This document shows positions 39,829-49,039 of a stretch of DNA of 52,555 bases, piece after piece. This DNA is from Wenzhouxiangella sp. (lineage in GTDB: Bacteria; Pseudomonadota; Gammaproteobacteria; Xanthomonadales; Wenzhouxiangellaceae). Within the stretch, counting starts at the first letter, position 1; every line of letters starts with the position of its first letter. Both the position numbers and the translations under genes were made by a program. The notes under the pieces were generated by a model, which was not told the DNA's origin, did no database searches, and saw only the letters and a program-made list of their open reading frames with translations. The DNA is taken from positions 1-52,555 of the forward strand of contig SLQY01000098.1 in assembly GCA_007131235.1 (NCBI GenBank), given 5' to 3'.

Positions 39829-40968
39829 TCAGCCTGGCCGATGCGGGCCGCAGTCAGGGCATTCGGGATCAGGTACCAGCCGGGTCGTTCGGAAACGCAT
39901 GGACAAGGCATCGAAGTGCAGCAACTGCGATTGCAGGCCCTGGCCCAATCCGAGAATGCGCTTGAGGACCTCGGTTGCCTGCAGGCAGCCAATGACCCCC
40001 GGCATCACGCCCAGCACGCCGGCTTCGGCGCAGCTTGGTGAGTCCTCGGCCAACGGTGGCTCGGGAAACAGGCAGCGGTAGCAAGCGCCCTGCCCCGGTT
40101 CAAACAGGGCCACCTGGCCCTGGAAACGCAGCACCGCACCGTAAACCAGCGGCTTGGCCAGGGCCTGGCAGGCCGCGTTGAGGGTGTAGCGGGTCGGGAA
40201 GTTGTCCGATCCATCGACCACGATATCGGCAGGCCGGAGGATATCGGCGACGTTATCGGTATCGATACGAACCTGCAGGGTGCTGATGCGCACCTCCGGG
40301 TTCAATGCATGCAGGCGCTGGGCGGCCGATTCGGTCTTGAAATGACCGACCAGGTAGTCGCTGTGCAGGATCTGGCGCTGGAGATTGCTGCGCTCGACCC
40401 GGTCGCCGTCGACCAGGGTCAGGTGGCCGACGCCAGCGGCAGCCAGGTACAGCGCAACCGGAGAACCAAGCCCGCCGGCACCAACCAGCAATACATGGGT
40501 CCTGGCCAGCTTGGCCTGACCGTCCCGACCCACCTCGGGCATGGCGAAGTGGCGCAAGTAACGATCTGACTCGATCGCTTGGCCAGAATCAGTCTGGCGC
40601 ACCGCGCCGCCTGCGGCGCGCCACGCCTCGAAGCCACCGACCAGACTGGCTACCGATTCGTAACCAAGCTCGGCAAGGCTGGCCGCCGACAGGCGCGAAC
40701 GATCTCCGCCGGCACACATCAGAATCAGCGGCGTCTGCCGGTCGGGCACACGGCTGCCAATTTCCAGCTCCAGCATGCCCCGCGAAATCAACCGGGCGGG
40801 TTCGGCAGTACCCGAGCCCAGTTCACCGGTCTCGCGGATATCAATGAGGATGGCTCCCCCCTGGAGACGGGCAAACGCCGCAGCGACGTCGATTTCCTCG
40901 ACCGCCTCGCTCAGTCGCGACAGGTAACGCCGCAGCCGCTCACTTGCGTCGTTTCTTTTTTCGGCCAA
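39829..40968 (-). CDS. moeB: MoeB/ThiF adenylyltransferase with N-terminal rhodanese domain
   Basis: Rhodanese loop CAGGDRS; then RYLRH, GAGGLG, SNLQRQ, DGSDNF, CYRC, SCAEAG, CPDC. Confidence 0.88.
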   Translation of the reverse strand: MAEKRNDASERLRRYLSRLSEAVEEIDVAAAFARLQGGAILIDIRETGELGSGTAEPARLISRGMLELEIGSRVPDRQTPLILMCAGGDRSRLSAASLAELGYESVASLVGGFEAWRAAGGAVRQTDSGQAIESDRYLRHFAMPEVGRDGQAKLARTHVLLVGAGGLGSPVALYLAAAGVGHLTLVDGDRVERSNLQRQILHSDYLVGHFKTESAAQRLHALNPEVRISTLQVRIDTDNVADILRPADIVVDGSDNFPTRYTLNAACQALAKPLVYGAVLRFQGQVALFEPGQGACYRCLFPEPPLAEDSPSCAEAGVLGVMPGVIGCLQATEVLKRILGLGQGLQSQLLHFDALSMRFRTTRLVPDPECPDCGPHRPG

Positions 40969-42343
40969 AGTCTTTCAGACGTTTACGTTTCTGGATCTGG
41001 CGTGGCGTCAGCTTGTTCTTGCGACCGGCATACGGATTTTCGGAATCACGAAAAACCAGGCGCACAGGCACCCCGGTGAAATTGAACTGGCGCCGAAACA
41101 TGTTGACCAGATAGCGTCGATACTGCTCCGGCACCCCGGCGGTTCGACTGCCATGGATGACGATACGGGTCGGGAAGTTGCCGCCGGAGTGGGCATAGCG
41201 CAACTTGGGCGTGGCGTGCTTTCCGCCCGGCGGCGCGTGCGCTTCCACCGCACCTCGCAGGGCGCGCGTCAGGGCCGGCGTCGACAAATCCTGGCAGGCG
41301 GCTGCATAGACGTGCTCAATGGCATCGGTCAGCTCACCCAGCCCGCTGCCGTGCAGGGCCGAGGCAGTGACGACCGGGGCAAAAGTGGCAAAGGACATAC
41401 GCTCGGCGACATCCTTCAACACCTGGTCGCGGCGATCGCGATCGAGGCAGTCCCACTTGTTCAGGACGAGAACCAGCGCGCGCCCGGCCTCGATCACGTG
41501 ACCGGCCAGGCGCGCGTCCTGCTCGGAGACGCCTTCACTGACATCGACCAGCAAGGCCACGACATCCGCCTTTTCCATCGCCTGCAGGGCCTTGATGGTG
41601 CTGAACTTCTCAATGCCTTCATGGCTGCCGCGACGGCGTCGAATGCCGGCGGTATCAACCAGGTGATAAACCTGCCCATTGCGTTCGACGCGGCCACGAA
41701 TCGGGTCGCGAGTCGTGCCTGGCGTGGGGGTGGCCAAGGCCCGCTCTTCGCCCATCAGGCGGTTGAGCAAGGTTGACTTGCCAGCATTGGGGCGGCCAAT
41801 CAGGGCCAGGTGAATGCCATCGGCGTCGGCGGGCTGGATGAGCTCGGCGGGCGGCAGGGCTTCATCGATGGCACGTCCCAGGCGATCCAGGCCGCGCCGA
41901 TGGCTGGCCGCGATCAGCAAGGCCGGCAAACCCAGCTCGGCAGCCTCGGCAACCACCAGGTCAGCATCGAGACCGTCAGACTTGTTGACCGCGTGGATCA
42001 GCGGCTTGTCCAGGCCGCGCAGCGATTGGATGATCTCGTGGTCGGCCGGTATCAGCCCGTCGCGAGCATCGCTGACAAAAACGATGAGGTCAGCTTCATC
42101 AATCGCCAGCCGGGTCTGGTGCTGAGCGGCGCTTTCCATTGCATCGGCGGCATCGTCCAGGCCACCGGTATCGACCAGGATCAGATCACGCTCGGCCAAC
42201 CGCGCCCGGCCGTAAATACGGTCACGGGTAACACCCGGGAAATCGGCTACCAGCGCATCACGCGTTCGGGTCAGCGCATTGAACAGCGTTGATTTGCCAA
42301 CATTGGGCCGACCAACAATGGCGACCACCGGCAGCACACTCAC
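40940..42343 (-). CDS. der: Ribosome biogenesis GTPase Der (EngA)
   Basis: Two G domains: GRPNVGKS/DTGG/NKSD and GRPNAGKS/DTAG/NKWD. Confidence 0.96.
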   Translation of the reverse strand: MSVLPVVAIVGRPNVGKSTLFNALTRTRDALVADFPGVTRDRIYGRARLAERDLILVDTGGLDDAADAMESAAQHQTRLAIDEADLIVFVSDARDGLIPADHEIIQSLRGLDKPLIHAVNKSDGLDADLVVAEAAELGLPALLIAASHRRGLDRLGRAIDEALPPAELIQPADADGIHLALIGRPNAGKSTLLNRLMGEERALATPTPGTTRDPIRGRVERNGQVYHLVDTAGIRRRRGSHEGIEKFSTIKALQAMEKADVVALLVDVSEGVSEQDARLAGHVIEAGRALVLVLNKWDCLDRDRRDQVLKDVAERMSFATFAPVVTASALHGSGLGELTDAIEHVYAAACQDLSTPALTRALRGAVEAHAPPGGKHATPKLRYAHSGGNFPTRIVIHGSRTAGVPEQYRRYLVNMFRRQFNFTGVPVRLVFRDSENPYAGRKNKLTPRQIQKRKRLKDFGRKKKRRK

Positions 42344-42352
42344 GATGATCGG

Positions 42353-43510
42353 TCAGCCGCGCGGGCGCCAGGCGCTCAGGTTGCCGTCTTCATCGAGCAG
42401 GTAGACGGTATTGCCAACCGCCACCGGTGCCGAGGCCGGTGCCGATCGGCTCGGCCGGACCCTGGCCACGAAATTTCCGCTTTCAGCATCCAGCCAGTGC
42501 ATGTAACCCTGGCTGTCGACCGTTGCCAGGTAGTCGCCGACAAATATCGGCCGACTGAGGCCACGCCGGGCCAGCCGTTCCTCGCGCCACAAGGTTGAAC
42601 CGTTGCGGCGATCGATCATCCACAGCCCGTCGTCCCGATCGACCGAAGCCAGCTGGGTACGCTGCAGACTGATACCCGAATGGGAGGCAACATCCTTGAC
42701 CCAGAGGATGCGTCCGGACTCCAGGGCCAGGCTGGCCATTCTTCCACGGTAGGTGACAACGTACAAATCGGTGCCAACGATGGCCAATGGCCCATCGATG
42801 TCGGCCAGGCGCTCAAGCTCGGTGCGCCCCTCTGGCATGCTGACCCGCTGCTCCCAGAGAACGCCGCCATCGCTGACCCGAAGGCCGGCAACCGTGCCAT
42901 CATCGTAGCCAATGAATACCTGTCCGGCGCGGACCAATGGGTCGCTGTTGCCGCGCAGGGTCAGCAGCGGCACGCTGCGGTCATGAACCCACAGGCGCCG
43001 GCCATCGGCCGGATCAAGGCCGAAGATGCGACCGTCGATGCAGCGAACCACGATCACGCCGTCATGCACCACCGGGAAGGCGAGAATTTCGGACGACAGC
43101 CTTGCACGCCAGCGTTCGTTGCCTGATTCCGCGTCCAGCGCCACCAGGTCAGCGTCGAACGTGCCAGCCAGCAGCAGACCGTCATGGACGGCGGGCCCAG
43201 CCGACAGATCCAGCCCGGTGTCAAAGCGCCGCTGAACCCGACCATTGGCGGCGTTGACCGCAGAAATGCGGCCGCGGTGGTCACCCACCCAGATCGTTTC
43301 ACCGTCAACGACCGGACGGAAATTCGGACGACTGCGGTTGGTGCCGGCACCAACGCCCGTGGACCAGAGACGCTCTACCTGCAATGTTGCATCGAAGTCA
43401 ACCAGGTCGGCCGGGCCATCGTCGCTGTCACGGTCACGGTTGAAGATGCCGCAAGCGCTGACCGCGAAGGCCAGCGTGATAATCAGACCGGTGCGGGTCC
43501 ACGGGGTCAC
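42353..43510 (-). CDS. bamB: Outer membrane protein assembly lipoprotein BamB
   Basis: Lipobox VSAC, PQQ-like beta-propeller repeats, GRTELERLADID; yfgM-bamB-der synteny. Confidence 0.92.
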   Translation of the reverse strand: MTPWTRTGLIITLAFAVSACGIFNRDRDSDDGPADLVDFDATLQVERLWSTGVGAGTNRSRPNFRPVVDGETIWVGDHRGRISAVNAANGRVQRRFDTGLDLSAGPAVHDGLLLAGTFDADLVALDAESGNERWRARLSSEILAFPVVHDGVIVVRCIDGRIFGLDPADGRRLWVHDRSVPLLTLRGNSDPLVRAGQVFIGYDDGTVAGLRVSDGGVLWEQRVSMPEGRTELERLADIDGPLAIVGTDLYVVTYRGRMASLALESGRILWVKDVASHSGISLQRTQLASVDRDDGLWMIDRRNGSTLWREERLARRGLSRPIFVGDYLATVDSQGYMHWLDAESGNFVARVRPSRSAPASAPVAVGNTVYLLDEDGNLSAWRPRG

Positions 43511-44160
43511 GAAGCATCCTCCGCGAGGCCCGGGCCGGTCGCGTCTATCTTGAGTTGAAGCAGGCGCCGCTTGCCACCCTGCCCGCTGATGTTGTCAATC
43601 GCCTCCTGGAAAGCCAGGCGCGCCCGCTCATGCTCTCCCCGAGCCAGCGCCAGGTCGCCGCGGACCTCCGCCCAGGCGGCGGTAAAGCCAGCCGGCGCCT
43701 CGCCTGCAACCAGTGCCATGGCGGCATCAAGATCACCTTGCGCCTCCAGGACGCGGGCCAGGCGCAGGGTCACCACGGGCCGCAAGGAATCAAGTCCACG
43801 CCCGTCGAGAATTTCCCGGTACAGCCGCGCAGCCGGTTCGAGACGGCCGTCTTCAACGTAGCCGGCTGCCAGCAGCATGCCAGACAAGGCAACGTAGGAA
43901 CTGCGGGGCACGGCGTCGCGCAGGGCGGCAAACTGCTGCTCGGCCAGGTCGAGCTCGCCGGCGTCCAGCTCGCGCTGAATGACATCGAAATATTCCGCCG
44001 CAAGGAAGCGCTGCTGGACCTGGTGGTCCTGCCACTGCCGGAAGCCGAAAATGCCGCCGAAAGCCAGCACCAGGCCGAGCACGATGGAGACACCGTACTC
44101 CTTGATCCATTTGCGGACGCGTTCGCTCTGTTCGTGCTCGTCGTAAAGCTCTACAGCCAT
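43507..44160 (-). CDS. yfgM: YfgM ancillary SecYEG translocon subunit (TPR)
   Basis: EHEQSERVRKWIKEYG, one membrane segment, LRLARV, EVRGD. Confidence 0.88.
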   Translation of the reverse strand: MAVELYDEHEQSERVRKWIKEYGVSIVLGLVLAFGGIFGFRQWQDHQVQQRFLAAEYFDVIQRELDAGELDLAEQQFAALRDAVPRSSYVALSGMLLAAGYVEDGRLEPAARLYREILDGRGLDSLRPVVTLRLARVLEAQGDLDAAMALVAGEAPAGFTAAWAEVRGDLALARGEHERARLAFQEAIDNISGQGGKRRLLQLKIDATGPGLAEDAS

Positions 44161-44215
44161 GGAAACTGTTCTCTTGCTGATTGGAATGAAAAAAGATTAA
44201 GCCGACAATGATAAA

Positions 44216-45496
44216 TCAATGCTCACCCTCAGCGGCAAGCAACTGCGCCAGGTAGCCGGACAACTCCTCGACTGGCACGCTGTCCTGGTCAGCTGACTGC
44301 GAGCGCAGCCGCTTGACCTGGACCTCGCCGGCGGCAAGCTCGACCTCACCCAGCACCAGGGCCAACGCTGCACCGCAGCGATCGGCGCGCTTGAACTGCG
44401 CCTTGAAGCTGCCACCGGACAAGGACATGCCGACGCGCAATCCGGGACACTCCTGGCGCAGACGCTCGGCAAGTTTGAGCGCCTCGGCAATATCAACCTG
44501 GCTGACCAGGTAGACCTGCGGAACCTGCTCTCGTTCCATCCCCGCATCGGCCAGCAGGGTCAGAACCCGCTCCACGCCCAGGGCGAAGCCGATGCCGGGC
44601 GTATCCTTACCACCCTGCATGGCGACCAGCTCGTCGTAGCGACCACCTGCACAAACCGTCCCCTGCGCGCCCAGGTCGTCGGTAATCCATTCAAAAACCG
44701 TCCGACAGTAATAGTCCAGCCCGCGCACCAGGCCGGGGTTGATCCGGTACTCGATACCGAGCTGGTCGAGCAGCCGGCATACCTGGTCGAAGTGGACGCG
44801 GGCCTCCTCGCCCAGGGAGTCGGCCAAGCGCGGGGCGTCGGCCATGATGGCCTGCGTCTCGGGGTGCTTGCTATCGAAAATCCGCAGTGGGTTGGTTGCC
44901 AGGCGGCGCTGGCTGTCCGCGTCGAGCCGATCGACGTAGGGTTCCAGGAAGTCGACAAGCTGCTGGCGATAGCGCACACGGTCTGCCCGATCACCCAGCG
45001 AGTTGATCTCCAGACGGACCTTGCCCGCCAGGCCCAGCTCGCGCCAGATACGCTCGACCATGGCAATCAATTCGGCATCGGCGGCGGCCTGCTCCAGCCC
45101 GAAGACTTCGGCACCGAACTGGTGGAACTGACGTTGCCGACCCTTCTGCGGCCGTTCGTGGCGAAACATGGGGCCGTGGTACCAGACCTTCAGTCCCGGC
45201 GTCTGCAACAAGCCATGCTGAATGGCCGCCCGGACGACCCCGGCCGTGCCCTCCGGACGCAGACTAAGCTGATCGCCGTTGCGATCCTCGAAGGCGTACA
45301 TTTCCTTCTCGACCACGTCGGTGGCCTGGCCGATGGCACGCATGAACACTTCGGCCTGCTCAAGCATCGGGACCCGGATCTCATGGAAATCATAGGTCGC
45401 GAAAATGTCCGCAAGCCTTCGCTCCAGCCATTGCCACAGCGGTGTTTCGGCCGGCAGGATGTCGTGCATTCCGCGGATGGAACGGATACTGTTCAT
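44216..45496 (-). CDS. hisS: Histidyl-tRNA synthetase
   Basis: RGMHD, LRPEGTA, FRHERPQKGRQRQF, LVRGLDYY, AGGRYD, GVER. Confidence 0.97.
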   Translation of the reverse strand: MNSIRSIRGMHDILPAETPLWQWLERRLADIFATYDFHEIRVPMLEQAEVFMRAIGQATDVVEKEMYAFEDRNGDQLSLRPEGTAGVVRAAIQHGLLQTPGLKVWYHGPMFRHERPQKGRQRQFHQFGAEVFGLEQAAADAELIAMVERIWRELGLAGKVRLEINSLGDRADRVRYRQQLVDFLEPYVDRLDADSQRRLATNPLRIFDSKHPETQAIMADAPRLADSLGEEARVHFDQVCRLLDQLGIEYRINPGLVRGLDYYCRTVFEWITDDLGAQGTVCAGGRYDELVAMQGGKDTPGIGFALGVERVLTLLADAGMEREQVPQVYLVSQVDIAEALKLAERLRQECPGLRVGMSLSGGSFKAQFKRADRCGAALALVLGEVELAAGEVQVKRLRSQSADQDSVPVEELSGYLAQLLAAEGEH

Positions 45497-45513
45497 GCAA
45501 GAATTCCATGTCC

Positions 45514-45545
45514 AAAAACCAGTGGCCCGCCAGGTCAGGCGGGCC
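45514..45545 (-). terminator. Terminator-like hairpin between rodZ and hisS
   Basis: GGCCCGCC-N6-GGCGGGCC (45524-45545) followed on the minus strand by ACTGGTTTTT. Confidence 0.4.
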
Positions 45546-45574
45546 GATTCGGAGTCAGGCTGCTGGTCCGTGGC

Positions 45575-46510
45575 TCAGCGTCTGACTTCGCCACCTGGCA
45601 ACAGCTCCAGGCTGACCACATCGGCCCGGTCGTCGCCCGGATAGGCAACCGCCTGACCGTCGGCCACCAGGCGCACGGCATTGGCCCGACCCAGCAACAG
45701 TCGAAACGGTGGCTCGCCCTGGTAGTTGCGTTGTTGACCCGCCCGCAGCAAGTCGTACTCGAGCCGCCGACCATCGGCCGCGTAGATTTCTATCCAGCTG
45801 TCTTCGACCAGCTCGATGCCAAGCTCGAGCCTGGGGGGCGCTGCTTCTCCGACGTCGATCACGGCATCCGATGCCAGAGTCTCGGCCGCAGACATCGGCT
45901 CCGGCTGCAGCTCTCGCACCGGACGCAGCGAGCGAATCGGCAGAGCCGATGCCGTCACCGGCCCGGGAGCTTCACCTTCAACGTTCTCATCCAGTGCCAG
46001 CGCTCGCGCGATTCTACGCGCCATGCGTTGATCATCGCCACTGGCCGGCTCACCTTCGACCTGGGCTACCGCCGGACGCGGTTCGGGCTCTGCCATTCGC
46101 GATCCACCCTGGACGAAAAAAACAATCAATGGCGGAACAATCGCTATTGTAACAACCGCATACGTTGCAAACTTAATGTACTTTTCAACTTTCCTGGTGC
46201 TTTTGGGGCGGGGCAGGACCTGGCGCAATTCAGGGGCCGGATCGAGGTCGATCTGGGCCAGCAAGGGGGCCGGGTCAACGCCGACCAGGCGGGCGTAATT
46301 GGCAACATAGCCGCGTCGATACAATCCGGCCAAACGGTCGAGACGCCCGTTTTCAATATCCTCGACAGTCATGCCGGGCAAGCGCAGCGAGCGCGATACA
46401 TCCTCGATGTCCAGCTTGCGTGCCCGCCTGCCGGATTTAAGGGCGTCGCCAATACGACGGTAGTGCTCTGCTGGAGAGGCTTCGTTATCTGTTGGTTTTG
46501 TTTCGCTCAT
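45575..46510 (-). CDS. rodZ: Cytoskeleton protein RodZ (HTH, membrane segment, DUF4115)
   Basis: N-terminal HTH with RGYVANYARLVG, one membrane segment, DSWIEI..DG, LLGRA.AV. Confidence 0.85.
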   Translation of the reverse strand: MSETKPTDNEASPAEHYRRIGDALKSGRRARKLDIEDVSRSLRLPGMTVEDIENGRLDRLAGLYRRGYVANYARLVGVDPAPLLAQIDLDPAPELRQVLPRPKSTRKVEKYIKFATYAVVTIAIVPPLIVFFVQGGSRMAEPEPRPAVAQVEGEPASGDDQRMARRIARALALDENVEGEAPGPVTASALPIRSLRPVRELQPEPMSAAETLASDAVIDVGEAAPPRLELGIELVEDSWIEIYAADGRRLEYDLLRAGQQRNYQGEPPFRLLLGRANAVRLVADGQAVAYPGDDRADVVSLELLPGGEVRR

Positions 46511-47292
46511 TGATCCATTTCGAGCCCTCTCAACTCGCGCGCTTCGCTCGAATTCGGAAATTGGCTCTCCAGTCTGCTGACGTACTGGTTGGCCTCGACA
46601 CGATTCCCCAGGCTGGATTCGATCCTGTAGCCCAGAAAAAGTGCGCCGGCTTCGGGGACTGCAGCCGATTCAAATCGCTGCAGAAAAGCGCGAGCCCTGA
46701 AGGCTTCTCCCTGCTGGTAGTAAAGTTCTGCTAAGTGGAACAACGCGTCCGGGAAAGCCGGGTTGGTTTCGAGGGCGCGTCGAAGGTAATCGTTGGCCTT
46801 GTCAAGATTGCCGCTGCGGCGGGCGCAAGCCCCGGCGTTGGTCCAGGCCACTTCCGGGGTGATGTAGAAAGGATCCTGGGTAGCTTGAAGGAAGTGACGG
46901 TCAGCGGCCCGGAAGTCTCCTTGCCGGCACAGAAAAACCGCGTAGCTGTTTTGCGTCGCGCCGTCATTCGGGGCCAGCCGCGAAGCCTGGCGAAAATGCC
47001 GCTCAGCCCGACTCGAATCGCCAATCTCATCAAAGATCAGGGCCAGGGTCAAGTGAGCCGGCACATGGTCGGGGTCGTGACGCAGCGCCGTTTCGAGCTT
47101 TTCCATGGCCAGCTGAACCTGCCCACGCTCAAGGTACCCAACACCGAGGCGGGAATTGATTTCCGCTGCCCGCACCGGACTGACGCTATCCATGCCCCGC
47201 TGCGATGCCGGGCTGCCCTGCTGCTGGGTGGTCGCGCAGCCGGCCAGCAGGGCCAGGGCCAGGGCCGGAACGAAGACAGGCCGCCAGCTCAC
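46507..47292 (-). CDS. pilW: Type IV pilus biogenesis/stability lipoprotein PilW (PilF)
   Basis: Lipobox LAGC, TPR repeats, NSYAVFLC, NAGACA. GTG 47292 overlaps the rlmN stop. Confidence 0.9.
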   Translation of the reverse strand: MSWRPVFVPALALALLAGCATTQQQGSPASQRGMDSVSPVRAAEINSRLGVGYLERGQVQLAMEKLETALRHDPDHVPAHLTLALIFDEIGDSSRAERHFRQASRLAPNDGATQNSYAVFLCRQGDFRAADRHFLQATQDPFYITPEVAWTNAGACARRSGNLDKANDYLRRALETNPAFPDALFHLAELYYQQGEAFRARAFLQRFESAAVPEAGALFLGYRIESSLGNRVEANQYVSRLESQFPNSSEARELRGLEMDQ

Positions 47293-48410
47293 GCTGCCTC
47301 CAGCGCCTGCCGGGCCAGCTGCTGTTGCACCAGCAAGCGACGCTCGCTGGGGCTGAGCAGCTTGCCAACCAGTTGACCGCAAGCCGCGTCGATGTCCTCA
47401 CCGCGCGTCTTTCTGACCGTCGTGATGATGCCCGCAGCCCGGGTAATCTTCTGAAACTCGTAAATCGCCTCCGCGCTGGATGGCTCGAACGGCGTTCCCG
47501 GGAAGGGATTGAAGGGGATCAGGTTGATCTTGCAGGGCAATCCATTGAGCACCCGCACCAGGCCCTTCGCCTGCGCCCTGCCGTCGTTGACACCGGCAAT
47601 CATCGTGTACTCGAAGGTGATCGATCGTCGCGGCCGAGCCGCAACGAAGCGTTTGCAGGCAGCGATCAGCTCCGCAACCGGGTACTTGCGGTTGAGCGGA
47701 ACCAGCCGACTGCGCAGCTCGTCATCCGGCGCATGCAGGGAAACGGCGAGCGCGAACTCCTCGCCGTCGGCGAGCTGATCAATGCCCGGGACAACCCCTG
47801 CCGTGGAGATGGTCACTCGGCGCGCGGCCAGACCATAGGCCAGGTCATTGCGCAACAAGGCGAGTGCTGCGGTCACCGATGGCAGGTTCAACAGCGGCTC
47901 GCCCATGCCCATGAACACCACGTTGGTGACACGTCGCTGACCGAATCGCTCGTCGGCCAGGGCGTTGACCGCATGCCAGACCTGGCCGATGATCTCGGCC
48001 GAGCTCAGGTTGCGCTTGAATCCCTGGGTTGCCGTGGAGCAGAAGGTGCAGTTGAGCATGCAGCCCACCTGCGACGAAATGCACAGGGTGCCGCGCGAGA
48101 CCTCCGGGATGAATACCGTTTCCACTGCACTGCCACCGTCCACGGTCAGCAACCACTTGACAGTGCCATCGTCGGAGAGCTGCTCACGAATCACCCGCGG
48201 CGGCACGACCTCGGCAAGCTCGGACAGGCGCTCCCGCAGGGCCCGGGCCAGGTCGGTCATCAGCGCGAAGTCAGTCACCCCACGCTGATGGATCCACTGC
48301 AAAACCTGCCGGGCACGGTAAGGCTTTTCGCCAAGATCGGCGAAAAAACATTCAAGACCTGCTTGATCAAGACCGAGCAGGTTGGTCTTTTTTGCTTGCC
48401 CAGCAATCAT
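47289..48410 (-). CDS. rlmN: 23S rRNA/tRNA adenine C2-methyltransferase
   Basis: Radical SAM motif CMLNCTFC, MGMGEP, DIDAACGQL. Confidence 0.96.
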   Translation of the reverse strand: MIAGQAKKTNLLGLDQAGLECFFADLGEKPYRARQVLQWIHQRGVTDFALMTDLARALRERLSELAEVVPPRVIREQLSDDGTVKWLLTVDGGSAVETVFIPEVSRGTLCISSQVGCMLNCTFCSTATQGFKRNLSSAEIIGQVWHAVNALADERFGQRRVTNVVFMGMGEPLLNLPSVTAALALLRNDLAYGLAARRVTISTAGVVPGIDQLADGEEFALAVSLHAPDDELRSRLVPLNRKYPVAELIAACKRFVAARPRRSITFEYTMIAGVNDGRAQAKGLVRVLNGLPCKINLIPFNPFPGTPFEPSSAEAIYEFQKITRAAGIITTVRKTRGEDIDAACGQLVGKLLSPSERRLLVQQQLARQALEAA

Positions 48411-48430
48411 TTGCAGCGCTTCGCTAATAA

Positions 48431-48850
48431 TTACCGCGAGTATATCTCATCGTCACCGAAAAAGTAGGCGATTTCCTGTGCTGCCGTGTCCTCCGCGTCC
48501 GAGCCATGGACCGCGTTGGCATCGATGCTGGTGGCGAAATCAGCACGGATCGTCCCCGGTGCGGCCTGGCGCGGGTCAGTGGCGCCCATCAGCTCGCGAT
48601 TGCGGGCAATGGCGTTATCCCCTTCGAGCACCTGGACCATCACCGGCCCGGAGGTCATGAACTTGACCAGGTCGGCAAAGAATGGGCGCTCACGATGAAC
48701 GGCGTAGAAACCCTCGGCTTCTTCCGTGCTCAGATGTTTCATCCGAGCCGCAACGACCTTGAGCCCGGCGCGCTCGAAACGGGTATAGATTTCACCGATG
48801 ACGTTCTTGGCCACGGCATCCGGCTTGATGATGGAAAGAGTACGCTGCAT
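48431..48850 (-). CDS. ndk: Nucleoside diphosphate kinase
   Basis: IIKPDAV, FMTSGP, GTIR, NAVHGSD. Confidence 0.97.
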   Translation of the reverse strand: MQRTLSIIKPDAVAKNVIGEIYTRFERAGLKVVAARMKHLSTEEAEGFYAVHRERPFFADLVKFMTSGPVMVQVLEGDNAIARNRELMGATDPRQAAPGTIRADFATSIDANAVHGSDAEDTAAQEIAYFFGDDEIYSR

Positions 48851-49039
48851 TTCCTTACCTCGAAAAATTAGAGTTAATTATCGTAACTATATGAAAATAA
48901 AATATTCTGTATGGAAAGCATCAGAATATCAGGAGGTTGGTTCGGGAACCGCCCAGGCCCTGGCACAGGCGCGAAACAAAACTCTCCCATTGTATCCAAA
49001 AACCCCGTTCATTTCGCTACCTTTGCCCTGCGCCTGGCC

